Source of the DNA: Mercenaria mercenaria | Taxonomy: Eukaryota | Length of the DNA stretch: 64,000 bases | Direction: 5' to 3' | Assembly (NCBI RefSeq): GCF_021730395.1 | Contig: NC_069369.1 | Coordinates: 15,475,210 to 15,539,209, forward strand | In this document: piece by piece, positions 1 to 11,829 of the stretch | Numbering within the stretch: the first letter of the stretch is position 1 | How the letters are laid out: each line of letters begins with the position of its first letter | Program-made: the position numbers and the translations under genes | Notes under the pieces: model-generated | Database searches by the model: none | The model's input: only the letters and a program-made list of their open reading frames with translations | What the model was told of the DNA's origin: nothing

Positions 1-1020
1 AAGTCACTGTGTATGCGACATATTAAGGAATTCAAGAAACACAGGGCTTCTGTTTACCTACATTCAAAGTTGGAAATTCAGGGTTACTTACTTTTATTAA
101 CAAATGGTTTGAAGCATTTGTTCCTTGTAAATCAAAGACTGCATGGTTAAATTCTGTATAAGCTAGAACAAATTTACACCCAGATTCACACAAAGTCTCC
201 ACAGACTTTGAGGGTGCCAAGCAATGTTACTTTTGGGTGAAACTATTTCCAGCTTAGAATGGTGATCAACTGAGTCCCCTGTGTCGTTCTATATGGGAAA
301 AAACACTGCTGAGGTAAACGTCACTAGAGACAGTTATCTCATTGTAAAGATCTTATGATTAGGATTCTGTTGCAAATCAAAACTAGGGTTTTCAGTCTCA
401 GGTTAGGCTTTTATATATAAAAAAAAAGTGGGTTTACGGTAAAACTGTCAAATTTAAGCAGTTGGTTACTAGTCTAGACTGTGGCTGACAAATTTAATCA
501 GTTCATTTCCAGTCTCAACTGTGCCTGTTAAATTTAATCAGTGGGTTTTAAGTCTTGGGAAGGGCAGTTAAATTTAATCAAATGGTTTTCAAGTCTTGTG
601 AAGGGATTTTCAACTGCCTTACTCCTTAGTCATGAGAGAGTTACGTCGCCCTCGGAAACTGGCTTCTGGCGGAGGATCAGCCCCAGCTGAACTACGGTCA
701 AGAGAACTTCCAGATCTTCTTTGTATAAATATAACATATCATTCATTGTGTAAATACATTCTGGTGCCAAATTTAAAATTCCTAAAATGACTACATGCAA
801 TTCCAATTTTCATAACACAATGTTATAAAACTGCAACATTATCTTTTAAAATCTAAAGACTCTAAACTGTTATTAAGTGCTATAAAATTACACAAACCTA
901 AACTATTTGCACAGAACTGTTTTCAGCTTACAAACACTAAAATACTGTGATATTTTTTTCTTTAGTTTATCACTCACATCAATGGATTGTCTCAAATTTT
1001 AAAATGCATTTGTTTATTGT

Positions 1021-1365
1021 AGACATACAAAAATAAAATGTTTGCAATCCAGTTCAAGTATAACTGAGTGTTTCGAGATGAAAATTTACCAGCTTTTATC
1101 AAATTAGATATTCAGCTAGAGCTATCACTAAAGGTAAATAATACCCTTAGTCACCATTTTGATACTGGTAAGGTAAAATCTGGTGATCATGACAAAATAA
1201 AATGTTTGTAATCCAGTTCAAGTAAAACTGAGTGTTTCGAGATGAAAATTTACCAGCTTTCATTAAATTAGATACTCAGCTAGAGCTATCACTAAAAGTA
1301 AATAATACCCTTTGACACCATTTCGATACTGGTAAGGTAAAATCTGGTGATCATGACCTTGACTT
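1021..1365. repeat. tandem duplication, 2 x about 172 bp
   Basis: 1021-1192 and 1193-1365 are nearly identical (AAAATAAAATGTTTG(C/T)AATCCAGTTCAAGTA...GGTGATCATGAC). Confidence 0.8.
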
Positions 1366-2111
1366 TGTACCAAGTGATCAGGTTTGTACACTTTGCATGT
1401 CTTCTTGATGAGGTCAACATTTGATAGCCATATGATCTTTGACCTTCATGTCTCACATTGACTTTTATCATAGCAAACTTTTTCACAGTTAAATGAAAAT
1501 CAATTAACCAGTCCAAAATAAAGCTATCTTGAACTTTGACCTTCCAGTGTGACCTTTATCATAGTGACTTGAGTTGTGCCCTCAGACATCAATGATGAGG
1601 CACACAACTAGTGCTAGTCTTGTGAAAATCCTTTCAGCGATTTATAAGATACGAAACAGGCATAAAGTTAAATTAATTAAACCTCCAAGTCTGACCTTGA
1701 CCTTGGACCCAGTAACCTGAGTAATATGTGATTTTCATGGTATTATCATGGTAAATAATTACATGAAAATATCTGAAAGTTCATCAAACTGTTTCATAGA
1801 TATGCCTTCGGAAAGGAGATATGGATACACAGACTGTCGACAATGCACAACTCCAGTAAAAGCCCCATATACTATGTATATATGGGTATAATAATTCTGA
1901 AAATACAGACATTGCAGCAGTGTCTATATCTTATGAGAATATATGCAAGTACATGTGTTAAGTTTTAGTTTGGCACATATTTAAACTATCTATGTGATAC
2001 CTACATCATATTTAGTATTATTTGTTTCAAATGCAATGCCTCAAAAGCAACCTTTTTCAAAAGTTGACAAACTAAGTAATATGGGAAACAAATGCTGTCT
2101 GATGACAGCGC

Positions 2112-3298
2112 GCTCGACTATTCGAAGAATTGATTGAAGAATGGGGTCAAAATATTTCCACAGATATTCAGACAAAAGAAATAAATAGATTAGACAAACA
2201 ATGTTCCTGTATTTCTTTGATTTCGATAAGTCTTGCACTAAATGGCAATGTATGAACCAATTTCAAAGTCCAAAAAGGGCCATAATTCAGTCAAAATAGT
2301 TATGTACACTTGCCTACAGATAGAAATCATAATGATAAACAAGTGTTCAAAGTTTAAAAGCCATATGTCAAATAGTTTTTACAAAACATGGACTTGTATG
2401 AAAACAGAACCAATTTCAAAGTCCAAAAAGGGCCATAATTCAGCCAAAATGGATGACAGAGTTATGTACTGTTTCCCACAGATAGAGACTATTACACTAA
2501 ACAAGTGATAAAAGTTTCAAAGCCATAAGTCAAACACTTTACAAAAAATATGAACTGGTACGGAAAACTTAACAAAGATTTCTAAGTCAAAAGGGGCCAT
2601 AATTCAGCCAAAATCCATGATGGAGTTATGTACTCTTGCCTATAACTGGATGTGGTGATGGTAAACAGGTGTTGAAAGTTTCAAAGCTTTATCTCAAAAG
2701 AATTTGTCAAAATATGAACTGGTACAAAATATTAACCCAGATTTCTAAGTCAAAAAGGGCCATAATTCAGCCAAAATTCTAGATGGAGTTATGTGCTTTT
2801 GCCTATAACTGGACTTAATGATGGTAAACAAGTGTTGAAAGTTTCAAAGCTTTATCTCAAAAGACTTTGTCAAAATACGAACTGGTACGAAAAACTTAAC
2901 CAAGATTTCTAAGTCGAAAGGGGCCATAATTCAGCCAAAATCCTTCATGGAGTTATGTACTCTTGCCTATAACTGGCCATGGTGATGGTAAACAAGTGTT
3001 GAAAGTTTCAAAGCTTTATCTTAAAAGACTTTGTCAAAATATGAACTGGTACGAAAAACTTAACCATGATTTCTAAGTCAAAAGGGGCCATAATTCAGCC
3101 AAAATCCTTGATGGAGTTATGTGCTCTTGCCTATAACTGGCCATGCTGGTGGTAAACAAGTATTGAAAGTTTCAAAGCTTTATCTCAAAAGACTTTGTCA
3201 AAATGTAGACTGGTACGAAAAACTTAACCAAGGTGTGACGCCGACGCCGACGCCGTGGTGAGTAGGATAGCTCTACTTATTCTTCGAATAGTCGAGCT
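2112..3298. mobile_element. non-autonomous TIR element, family A (TIR GCTCGACTATTCGAAGAAT...ATTCTTCGAATAGTCGAGC) with a subterminal (GACGCC)3 module and an internal tandem array of about 150 bp x 6.5
   Basis: The terminal inverted repeats are visible at 2112-2130 and 3280-3298. The tandem array spans 2240-3230. The module GGTGTGACGCCGACGCCGACGCC sits at 3234-3256. Confidence 0.7.
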
Positions 3299-4021
3299 AA
3301 AAATGACAAAAATTTGATTTCATGTTGATATCTAGCTCAACTTTACACAACAACAACAACTAAAAGTTAGCAAACAACCTGTCTACAGATAAGAAACAAT
3401 GATACTATATGACTGAGGCTGAGATTTCAATGTGTTGCACTGAATACAAATAAATTGCCTATTAATGATAATAAATGTCTAAATTTGTCTCAGAATAATT
3501 TAAACTTGATAATGGTTTATTTAACAAAATGCAGGAATTCTAAATATTTTCATAAATACTTTATACCTCAGTCTCTAATTCAAATTCTTTTAAATGAAAC
3601 TTCGCAGTAAATAATAAAGTTCTAAGTAACAATTTTGGGGGCTGAATCAATACACAGCTGTTAGTTCCATATTAATCAATTCACATGGAGATACAACAGT
3701 GTATTGTAAAATTGTAACACTGTATTGAGTATTTAAACATCTCAAAATCCTTTACTTAAGCTTTGGTTTTATAGAAGGAACATACTTAATATATAAAATC
3801 TTGGACCATTACAAATGTAGGTGGATTTTCCAAATACAAATTCACAGTTTATTCATAAATTGAAAAGGATTTGATTATTTCAACACAGCTTATAATATTC
3901 CTATGTATGCAACTCCTAGAGACTTTAGGCATGTAATTAAAATTTCTTTTTTGTAAAATTAGGGCAAATTTTATAAACAAGTTGTCACAGAAGAAGTGTA
4001 TAATACTGTAGAAACTTGAAT

Positions 4022-4169
4022 TCACCTGTCAGGATCTGTAACTGAGGATGGAGACTGTGTCCGACCTTTCTTCTTCTTGGTGTGACTCTCACTGTGTGGA
4101 ACACCCATCTGGTTCAATATACGCTGGATTTCTGCATAGTACTCCTTCGGCTCATTGTTCTCTAATGAT
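4022..4169 (-). CDS. upstream gene terminal exon (V)SLENNEPKEYYAEIQRILNQMGVPHSESHTKKKKGRTQSPSSVTDPDR*
   Basis: Minus-strand acceptor cctaaacag. Only one frame is open, ending in TGA at 4022-4024. Confidence 0.6.
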
Positions 4170-4693
4170 CTGTTTAGGTAAGAAACAAATCTGAATCAAT
4201 GCGAAGTTAGTAATATAAATAGTTTTAACTGCTTTATAAAGTAATGAAACCAAAGATTTTCATACGCATGTGTGCTGTAACAGTATTTCAATACAGCAAT
4301 TGTGATTATGTAACCAGACTGAGTTCTCCAAAAGTAAATGAACCATGCTTGTGCAACAAATTAAAAATATTATCTAACATGTATATTTGGTATGGTGTAT
4401 TTAAAGGATGCTGAGCATATTTAAATCAAGTTGGCAGTTTACTGAAGTAATTATCAGAAAGCTGTATAAAACCGATACTGAAAACCTGCTTACTGCTCAA
4501 AGTTGCAGTAAATTTGAACAACACCAGTAAAACACCCCACTTACTGTACAAAACTTTTAGGCTCTCAGTTTACATTCCCACAGTAAAACAAAACAATATC
4601 CAGTATCTATAAACAAGTAATTAAGAAATACAGAATACAGCAACACTGAATCACTCTCTTGATAATTTTGGAAGTAAAACAGAAGAATCTTAC

Positions 4694-4788
4694 ACTTTGA
4701 GTTTACAAATCATGTAGAAAATTCCCAACTCTGGTGAAGCTTTAATGTCCTTGTGGAACTTTGAAGAATCTATCAGCTGATTTCTTAT
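4694..4788 (-). CDS. upstream gene exon 6 (IRNQLIDSSKFHKDIKASPELGIFYMICKLK)
   Basis: Minus-strand acceptor cattacag and donor GTAAGA. Needed to restore phase between exons 5 and 7. Confidence 0.45.
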
Positions 4789-5335
4789 CTGTAATGTACA
4801 AGATTTTTCTATATCTCAGATCTGTCCTCATGTAAAATGTTTGTGAGTAAGGTTTAGGGCTACTCTTCATTAACTCAATCATGAAAAGTCAATAAACATT
4901 TATATGTTTCCACAGGGTTTTGATTCTTGTCTGCATATACAGGGGAAATGGAAAGTGTCTGCTAAAGATTCTGTGATAAATTAATCATGTGTCCTGCTGC
5001 AAATGAAAGGGTTAAAACTTCAAAAATAAGATTCACAAGTATTTTGTTTGGGCAATACAATCTTTACAACCTTTAGAACATGTGAAAGATACAATTCCCT
5101 AAAAAAAATAGGGTAAATTAAATTTGCATATAGATGCCTGACTAGATTTGACTTGGACCTAACTGATTCAGGAGTGATTTTATAAATTTGCAGACTCAGC
5201 TTTAAAATCATGCAATACAAAACACCAATAATTTCAAGATATAGAACTGTTTTGCTTACAACTAATATATCAACAATACAAGAAATAAGATCAAAGCTTA
5301 TACTATCAAAACTGTGTGGATCATTCAATACATAC

Positions 5336-5459
5336 TATAAGTCCAAACACTTGTTTATAGAGATGTGGCACATTCTGTTTTATAAAGGCAGCTGCAGCAC
5401 TTGCAATCTGGGCAGCATCGTTCTTCTTCCCTGCATCCAGATTACACTCAATCAATGCA
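5336..5459 (-). CDS. upstream gene exon 5 (I)ALIECNLDAGKKNDAAQIASAAAAFIKQNVPHLYKQVFGLI
   Basis: Minus-strand acceptor gttttcag and donor GTATGT. The donor choice is uncertain; alternative GT sites exist 20-40 nt upstream. Confidence 0.45.
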
Positions 5460-6139
5460 CTGAAAACACAATAGATATATCCCATTTCAAAAAACATTTC
5501 AATCTCCTCAGGTCTTTCTCTTTATTTTCTGAGGTAAAAGTTGCCTCATGGTAACCCTCTACCTTAATGGTTAGAGTAAGATTTGCAGTGCAAATCAGGC
5601 CCTTGGGGCAAAGGCTCAAACATGGATTGGACTTTCCATCAAGTAACTGGAAAACACCAACCACAAGTGAACAAATATAATTCATATCATTTACTAACAG
5701 CACAAATTTATATTGATTACCAACTAAAAGTTAATATCCAGCTAACTGTTACACTTAGTGAAAGAATAACTTTAAAAAACGTTCTTAAAACATTGCTCAT
5801 GTAAACATTTAAAGCTATATGTGTCCAAAATTTCATATTTGGAAAAATGAACAATTAGTACACACAATCTATGTAAACACAAAATAAATAAAGTAGTATT
5901 TTGTGTAAGGTTTAAAAAAAATAGAAACATAATAAAAGTATATATAGCCTTAGAATGACTTTGTAATACCACTACAATGTTGTTTTCCAACCGCTGACAG
6001 CTATTTCACAACATACTGTAAATGAAGCTCTAAATATACAGTTGTGTTATTTATTCAACCATGTTATAGTGAGTGATGCAGATAGTATATCTTTAATACA
6101 AGTCAGCAAAAATGGAAGAAAAAACAATAGATAACTTAC

Positions 6140-6304
6140 ATCATAAGCTGAGCTCTCCATTCATAATCTTTATCATCTATATCATCTAAAGCTTTCACCA
6201 CAGAATGCAGGCTACGTGCCAGGAACTGTCGAAAATTCTGCTTCAAGAACGGACGGCAAAACTGCCAGTATATCACTGAGGCATTGTACACCAGGAAATG
6301 GTAT
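6140..6304 (-). CDS. upstream gene exon 4 (R)YHFLVYNASVIYWQFCRPFLKQNFRQFLARSLHSVVKALDDIDDKDYEWRAQLM
   Basis: Minus-strand acceptor tttctag and donor GTAAGT. Phase-consistent with exons 3 and 5. Confidence 0.6.
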
Positions 6305-7007
6305 CTAGAAATAATACATTGTGTAGAAAAATAATGTCATATTTAATTCTAATAAACAATTTTAACAAAGCCGGTTAACTTTGTTTACACTATATATACA
6401 AAGGTAGTAGAAAAGTGACCCTTATATCTAAGATTCACAATACTGACTTAGCTTGTCTGAAAAGGAAGATCTTGACTTACAGTTGTGGCCTTTGCAAAAT
6501 GTTCTGCAAGTTTTTGTTTACTTCAAATTATTATATAATTCAATCCAGAAAGATTTTTAAATCATTTACAATTATGTTTATTTGATAATGACTTGGACTA
6601 AAAAAAAGTCACCACTTTTTCATTGACAATACCAATAATTAAACGTTGGCGCAGTATTAACTGCCTGGATTTTCTCACCTAGGAAAACCCAGAATTTCCC
6701 AGGCTGGGTAATATCCCTCAAGTGGGCAATACTGGGCAATATGACTTTTTTTGTTTAGATTTACTGCTCAATTTAACCTTTGGTTACTTATTTTACATTG
6801 TTGATCATTCACATTAGAGTATGAACATGTTTATGACATCCTAGTTGCACACAGTGTCTAGAAACAAATGTTGAAATTTCTTGGTTTATTAAATATCATA
6901 AAGAAGTATAATGTTATTACAGAACAACAGTTTATTGCTATATCATAGCAATATCTGAAGCATCTAACTCCATAAGTATTTGGTAACAGAATATTAAAAT
7001 TTATTAC

Positions 7008-7201
7008 CTTGGATTGCCTTTAGCGAATGATATAGCCTTGAGCAAGTAAACAACTGCCTTCTCTAGCTGTTCTGGTATGGTGGCTTTGGGAGCCAACAGC
7101 TGGGACTGACACAGGTAAGCTCGGCATAAGAACTGGTTCCCAGGTGGTGGCTTCATAAAGTACATCTTTAAACATTCTTTTGAGATGTCAAATAACCCAT
7201 T
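7008..7201 (-). CDS. upstream gene exon 3 (NGLFDISKECLKMYFMKPPPGNQFLCRAYLCQSQLLAPKATIPEQLEKAVVYLLKAISFAKGNP)
   Basis: Minus-strand acceptor cttttacag and donor GTAATA. Corresponds to the 73-aa ORF 7004..7225. Confidence 0.6.
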
Positions 7202-7592
7202 CTGTAAAAGTATGTCAAAGGTCATTTACATATTTCTGTACTATATCATTTAACTAAGTCATAGTTTTTCTTAACTTATGTCCTGGCTCACCATAGGGTT
7301 TAAAATTTCAATCATAATTTCCTACAAACAAACTGAAATGAATAAAATATTTATCATTAATTTGCTCTTTAAAAAATATGTCAATTCTTTAATTGAATAT
7401 ATACACTTTACAGTCTCCCTTAATAAAGTTTAATAAAAAGCCATTTCATATACATATCATGATAAAATGCCTGCATTGTTTTTCATCTTACATTAAAAGT
7501 TAGCAATCCTATTTTCTTTAATATGCAATATTCTACATGTATGACTGAGAAAAGGAAAATGTGGGAGGTAAAAGTAAATCTGAAATAGTAAC

Positions 7593-7726
7593 CTGGAAGG
7601 CAATCTCTGCACATTGGACATAGAGGTCTGGGCTGAATGCCTCTGGATTATCCACTGTAGGTTTATTTTCTGCAACATTTCTCAGCAAACTATAGGCTTG
7701 CAGCAGTGCTGGGTTCTTTTCCTGGC
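7593..7726 (-). CDS. upstream gene exon 2 (G)QEKNPALLQAYSLLRNVAENKPTVDNPEAFSPDLYVQCAEIAFQ
   Basis: Minus-strand acceptor tcttttcag and donor GTTACT. Open frame. Confidence 0.55.
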
Positions 7727-8789
7727 CTGAAAAGACATATCTAAATTGTCAGGCACACAGCTTGATGAAAAGCATATCTTAATGACATCTTTTGGAAGTA
7801 TCCTATCAAATGCACAAACCCATGTCTACCTATTACGGTAGCTAATACAATCAAAATGCAGTACTGTAATGTAGTTGGATGAATTTTTAAGTTGCGTACA
7901 ACAAATTAACTTTAATTTGTTTTAGATCTTTTAGCTATATACCACTTCTTCATTCCATTTTAATTAGATTTATTGTATTTGTAGTCCAAAAATGCTCTCG
8001 TCCTGCAGGGCAAGTACTACAGCATAGTTATGAGCATTGAGCAATTAATATTTTAATACAATAGAAAATTTTGTGATCAAGGAAACGTAACTCTCCCTGA
8101 TCAGAAACATCAAAGTATAAATAATATACTTAATATTTTCATTTTTATTTAATTTCAATTTACATTCAACAGTGATCTGAATTACTAAACAATGATCTAT
8201 TATACTTTCGCTAAAAATATAGAACATCTGGTACAGTCTGATAACCGTCAAATTTATGCTGTACCAGAATGCAAATATTTAAGGTCTGGCCAGGACTCGA
8301 ACTTGTGACCTCTCACACATAAGGGAGACACTCTTACTACTTCGCTATAACAGCAGACTCTATAGCTAGGTAGTGTAAGTTCACCTTTATTCACTACTGG
8401 ACTACATCACATGAACTGGAACAATTCTGTGACAATGACATGCTCTAAATTATTGGTGTAATTAATGACTTTGTTCGCTACTGGCAATATTTGTGTAAAG
8501 AAATAATAAAATGTAATTTTTTCAACATTTTAAATTAAACAAAAGTTCCAAAACTTCTCTGACATGTTTTCTAGAGTATGAACTTACTAACTTGCAGTGC
8601 CAGTGAAATATAACTTATACACCAATTTTTTTATATTTTCTCTTTTAGCAGCACTGGTAAACACTGCTGCAACGACAACCAGCTTTGTACAAAAATCAGC
8701 ATTTACACATTTTAAAAAGGATATCAATCAAAAAGAATTTACAGCTACAAACTTAATACCTCTCTGCATCACACAAAGTCAATAGCATT

Positions 8790-8895
8790 CGCTGTTGTCA
8801 CAGGGTGAGAAAAATGTGCAGCCAGACCGGGACTCGAACCCAGGGCCTCGGAATACCGTTCCGATGTGCTACTGACTGAGCTACTCGGCCGCCTA
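8790..8895 (-). tRNA. tRNA-Thr(GGT)-like unit, probable pseudogene or SINE head (intact anticodon arm TCGGA-ACGGTAT-TCCGA, acceptor stem not pairable)
   Basis: Minus-strand GGCGGCCGAGTAGCTCAGTCAGTAGCACATCGGAACGGTATTCCGAGGCCCTGGGTTCGAGTCCCGGTCTGGC. The 3' flank TGCACATTTTTCTCACCC is shared with the 9040-9135 copy. Confidence 0.4.
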
Positions 8896-9039
8896 CACAC
8901 TTTCTCCCCGTTTAAATATTCAAGTTCTATACCCACTGTTTTGAAATTTGTCCTCAATTTTCAGCGGGCACTTCATATACAAGCAATTTCAGGCATCAGA
9001 GACTAACCAGTGTAATGCCATCATGGCCCCATGTTGGGC

Positions 9040-9135
9040 GCCAAATGTCACTGGGTGAGAAAAATGTGCAGCCAGACCGGGTGTCGAACCTGGGGCCTCG
9101 GAATACCATTCCGATGCTCTACCGACTGAGCTTCC
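9040..9135 (-). tRNA. second tRNA-Thr(GGT)-like unit (D arm GCTCAGTCGGTAGAGC intact, acceptor stem mismatched), probable pseudogene or SINE
   Basis: Minus-strand GGCCGGGAAGCTCAGTCGGTAGAGCATCGGAATGGTATTCCGAGGCCCCAGGTTCGACACCCGGTCTGGC. Confidence 0.4.
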
Positions 9136-9362
9136 CGGCCACCTACACACTTAAGTTCTATACCGCAACCCTGTCAATCAGTATTATAGCTAAGGCTAAG
9201 ATCGACTATCACTGATTCATTCCAAATCAAATGATTCCTAGGCATAAAGTCCATTGGGTACATTTTAACTCGTTACCGGTGCATGTGTACATGTACATCC
9301 CATTATATTTATAAAAATCACAATATGAAAAGAACTATGGTAAGGTCTCTATACAGAGTCAA

Positions 9363-9893
9363 CAGGTCAGAGACTTCCCCTGGACTGAGAGATATTCTCT
9401 CGATCTAAACATTGTCTCTCGTTCGAAAGACAGAATGTCTTTCGATTGAAAGACTCAAATTAGCTTAAGCAATGAAAATCAATGAAAGAGTAATTAAAAC
9501 TCTCTATTTAAAATGCGCAAATTTATTTCATATATAGAAAATTATCTTTCTTTTATCAAATTTTCAAAAACAAAATTTTTTGGGAATTTTGCTTAAGCAT
9601 GATAATGCTTAAGCAAACTTCTATGACAGTGAGTTTCTTGTAAAGTTTACCTGAAATAACAAGTTGTTTTAATAAATAAATAATGCAACTGTAACGGAAT
9701 GTTTGTTTTAATAATGATTTCATGTTTTTTCAACACTTAAGGTAAATACAGTCTTTCGATCGAAAGACATTTTGTCTTTCAAATGAGAGACAGTGTTTAG
9801 ATCTAGAGACTGTATCTATCTTCCGCAGACGTCAAACCCCTTGAGGGAACGTAGACTGTCTCTCAATCCAGTGGAAGTCTCCGACCTGGTCAA
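9363..9893. mobile_element. MITE with TIRs about 90 bp long (CAGGTCAGAGACTTCCCCTGGACTGAGAGA...) inside intron 1 of the upstream gene, about 0.7 kb from the MVP start codon
   Basis: The 5' segment 9363-9460 and the reverse complement of 9750-9893 align over about 90 bp with a few mismatches. Confidence 0.65.
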
Positions 9894-10082
9894 TGTTTAC
9901 TTTTTACAGACGAGTACACTGAAGCAGTCTTGATACATGTACAGTACTTTGCCTCGAAATGTGAACTCTTATCTTATACCCCCACCCCAGGCACCGTGAT
10001 GACAATTCATGAAATGTGGGACAATATCGATACTGATGGCTGAGCAACATATAAAAACCAGAAACGTGTATTGTATACTTAC

Positions 10083-10131
10083 CACTAATTTTTTGGGCTG
10101 CTACTAATAATGAACGTATACTGGTATCCAT
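10083..10131 (-). CDS. upstream gene exon 1 (MDTSIRSLLVAAQKIS, donor GTAAGT)
   Basis: ATG followed by a perfect GGTAAGT donor. Phase 1 joins in frame to the next exon. The ORF-track GTG-start extension is probably 5' UTR. Confidence 0.4.
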
Positions 10132-10581
10132 AATTATTATGTGTGCTGCACTTTCTACTAAAGATTCCGGAAATTTGGACACGCACCTTGTTTACACCGC
10201 CATGTTGTTTGGGCGATTCACATAATTCTATTTAATCATGAACTTGAAAATATAGTTCTAGATTTGAGTTATGAAATTCTATTTCCTTAAATTTAAAGAA
10301 AGTTGCATTCTAGTTCAACTTATTTATGACATTTTATTTTGAAAGTTAGTCTCAATCATGATATATTTTTAAACTTCTAAAAAGAAGTCGTTCTCTTTGA
10401 TTTAACGCGGATTTGTCATAGAAACAGTGATGCGGTTTTAGGTGCAATGTAGAAATAACTGTCTGTGAAAATAACACTCAGTCTCTCTACAGGAAGTTAT
10501 ATCAAGTTATTACCTGTAGGTAAACATAACAAAACAGAACAAAACTAAGTCTTTATCTGAACCTCATATTGAACGACAGCC

Positions 10582-10635
10582 ATGAGTAACATCATAGGTA
10601 TATCACCATTGCAATATGTTCACGTTTTGGACATG
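10582..10635 (+). CDS. MVP: MVP exon 1 (MSNIIGISPLQYVHVLDM), donor GTAAGT
   Basis: ATG followed by an IIxIxPxxYxHVLD motif typical of the MVP N-terminus. A GTAAGT donor sits immediately after the exon. Phase 0. Confidence 0.75.
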
Positions 10636-10959
10636 GTAAGTTAGCTATTTATAATTTATTTTCATTGTATTTTGATCATTGAGCAGTAATTAACTGAAAA
10701 AAATTTCCTGGTGACTTGTATATGTATTGTCTTATACTTACAGAAACTGATACTTTTCAGATCAATGCTTTTAACAGCAAATACATGTTTAGGCGATAGT
10801 TACATTTCGGTACACTCAGTACAGTACTAATTGCTAAATTAGCCAATTGATTAGAGTTGTTTCGCATTTGTTTATATATAGACTGATATTTTGTTCTTAT
10901 CAAACTATCCATTTTGCTCTAAATTAATGTAGCTGATAAATATCCCCATTGTTTTCAAA

Positions 10960-11570
10960 AAAGAGGGAGATAGAAATGGGCTGCATCTTTCCATACGTCC
11001 GTCCGTCCATTTGTGTCTGGTCCATAACTTTGCCATCTGTGATTGGCATCAAGAAATTTTGCCTTGTTACAAATGTTTCCCTATGTGAAACTTTGTCATT
11101 CATCAAGGGATTTTGAAATTACTAAGCAGAAATTTGCCCCATAATGAGAGGACACATCATGTGTAAGACCCAGACCCATAGCTGCAAGGTTAAGGTCACA
11201 CTTAGAGATTAAAGGTTAACATGGTTGGTTTTTTTGTCCAATCCATAACTCTGCCATTTATCAAGGGATTTTGAAATTACCTGGCACAAATTTTCCCCGT
11301 AATGACAATGTGTCATGTGCAAGACCCAGATCCCTATCTTCAAGGTCAAGGTCACTCATGGAGGTCCCAGGTTTAGAGCATCAGTTTCATATACGGTCCA
11401 TATTTTTACCATTCATCAAAGGATTTCAAATTCACTTGGCACAAGTGTTCCCAATAATGAGATGTTGTGTTGTGTGCAAGACCCAGGCCCCTGTCTAAAT
11501 TTAGGTCAAGGTCACACTTAGAGGTAAAAATAATAGGGGATTTTGGTGTGGTCAGTAACTTAACTTTGCA
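10960..11570. repeat. tandem satellite, about 150 bp x 4, in MVP intron 1
   Basis: Recurring ATTCATCAAGGGATTTTGAAATTAC...GACCCAGACCCATAGCTGCAAGGTTAAGGTCACACTTAGAG. Confidence 0.75.
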
Positions 11571-11829
11571 TGGATGGATATTCAAGTAATTTGACACAAA
11601 CAGTCACCATAATAAATTTATTTGTTGAATGTACGACTCTGACTTTTAGCTCAATGTCAAGGTCACCTTTGAAGATTAAATATTTTTGGTATATTTTTGT
11701 CTGATCTGTAATTATTTTATGCATGGGTGTATATTTGAATAACTTTGCATAAATATTCACCATTACAAGACAATGTGTCATATTTAAAGGTCAAGATAGC
11801 AGGCACAAAATAACCTCTTTTTTTAAGCT

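Larger units (their letters stand above)
4022..10131 (-). other. unidentified protein-coding gene divergent from MVP (7 inferred exons, about 305 aa, alpha-helical or TPR-like sequence, C-terminal KKKKGRTQSPSSVTDPDR)
   Basis: Seven minus-strand exons with canonical splice sites join in a single open frame from ATG (10131) to TGA (4022-4024). I do not recognise the product. Confidence 0.5.

Noticed and set aside
9904-10182. 92-aa minus-strand ORF reported as starting with M at 10182
   Set aside because: The first codon is GTG, not ATG. Only the 3'-most 16 codons (from ATG at 10131 to the GTAAGT donor at 10082) behave like an exon. The rest is probably 5' UTR or promoter.
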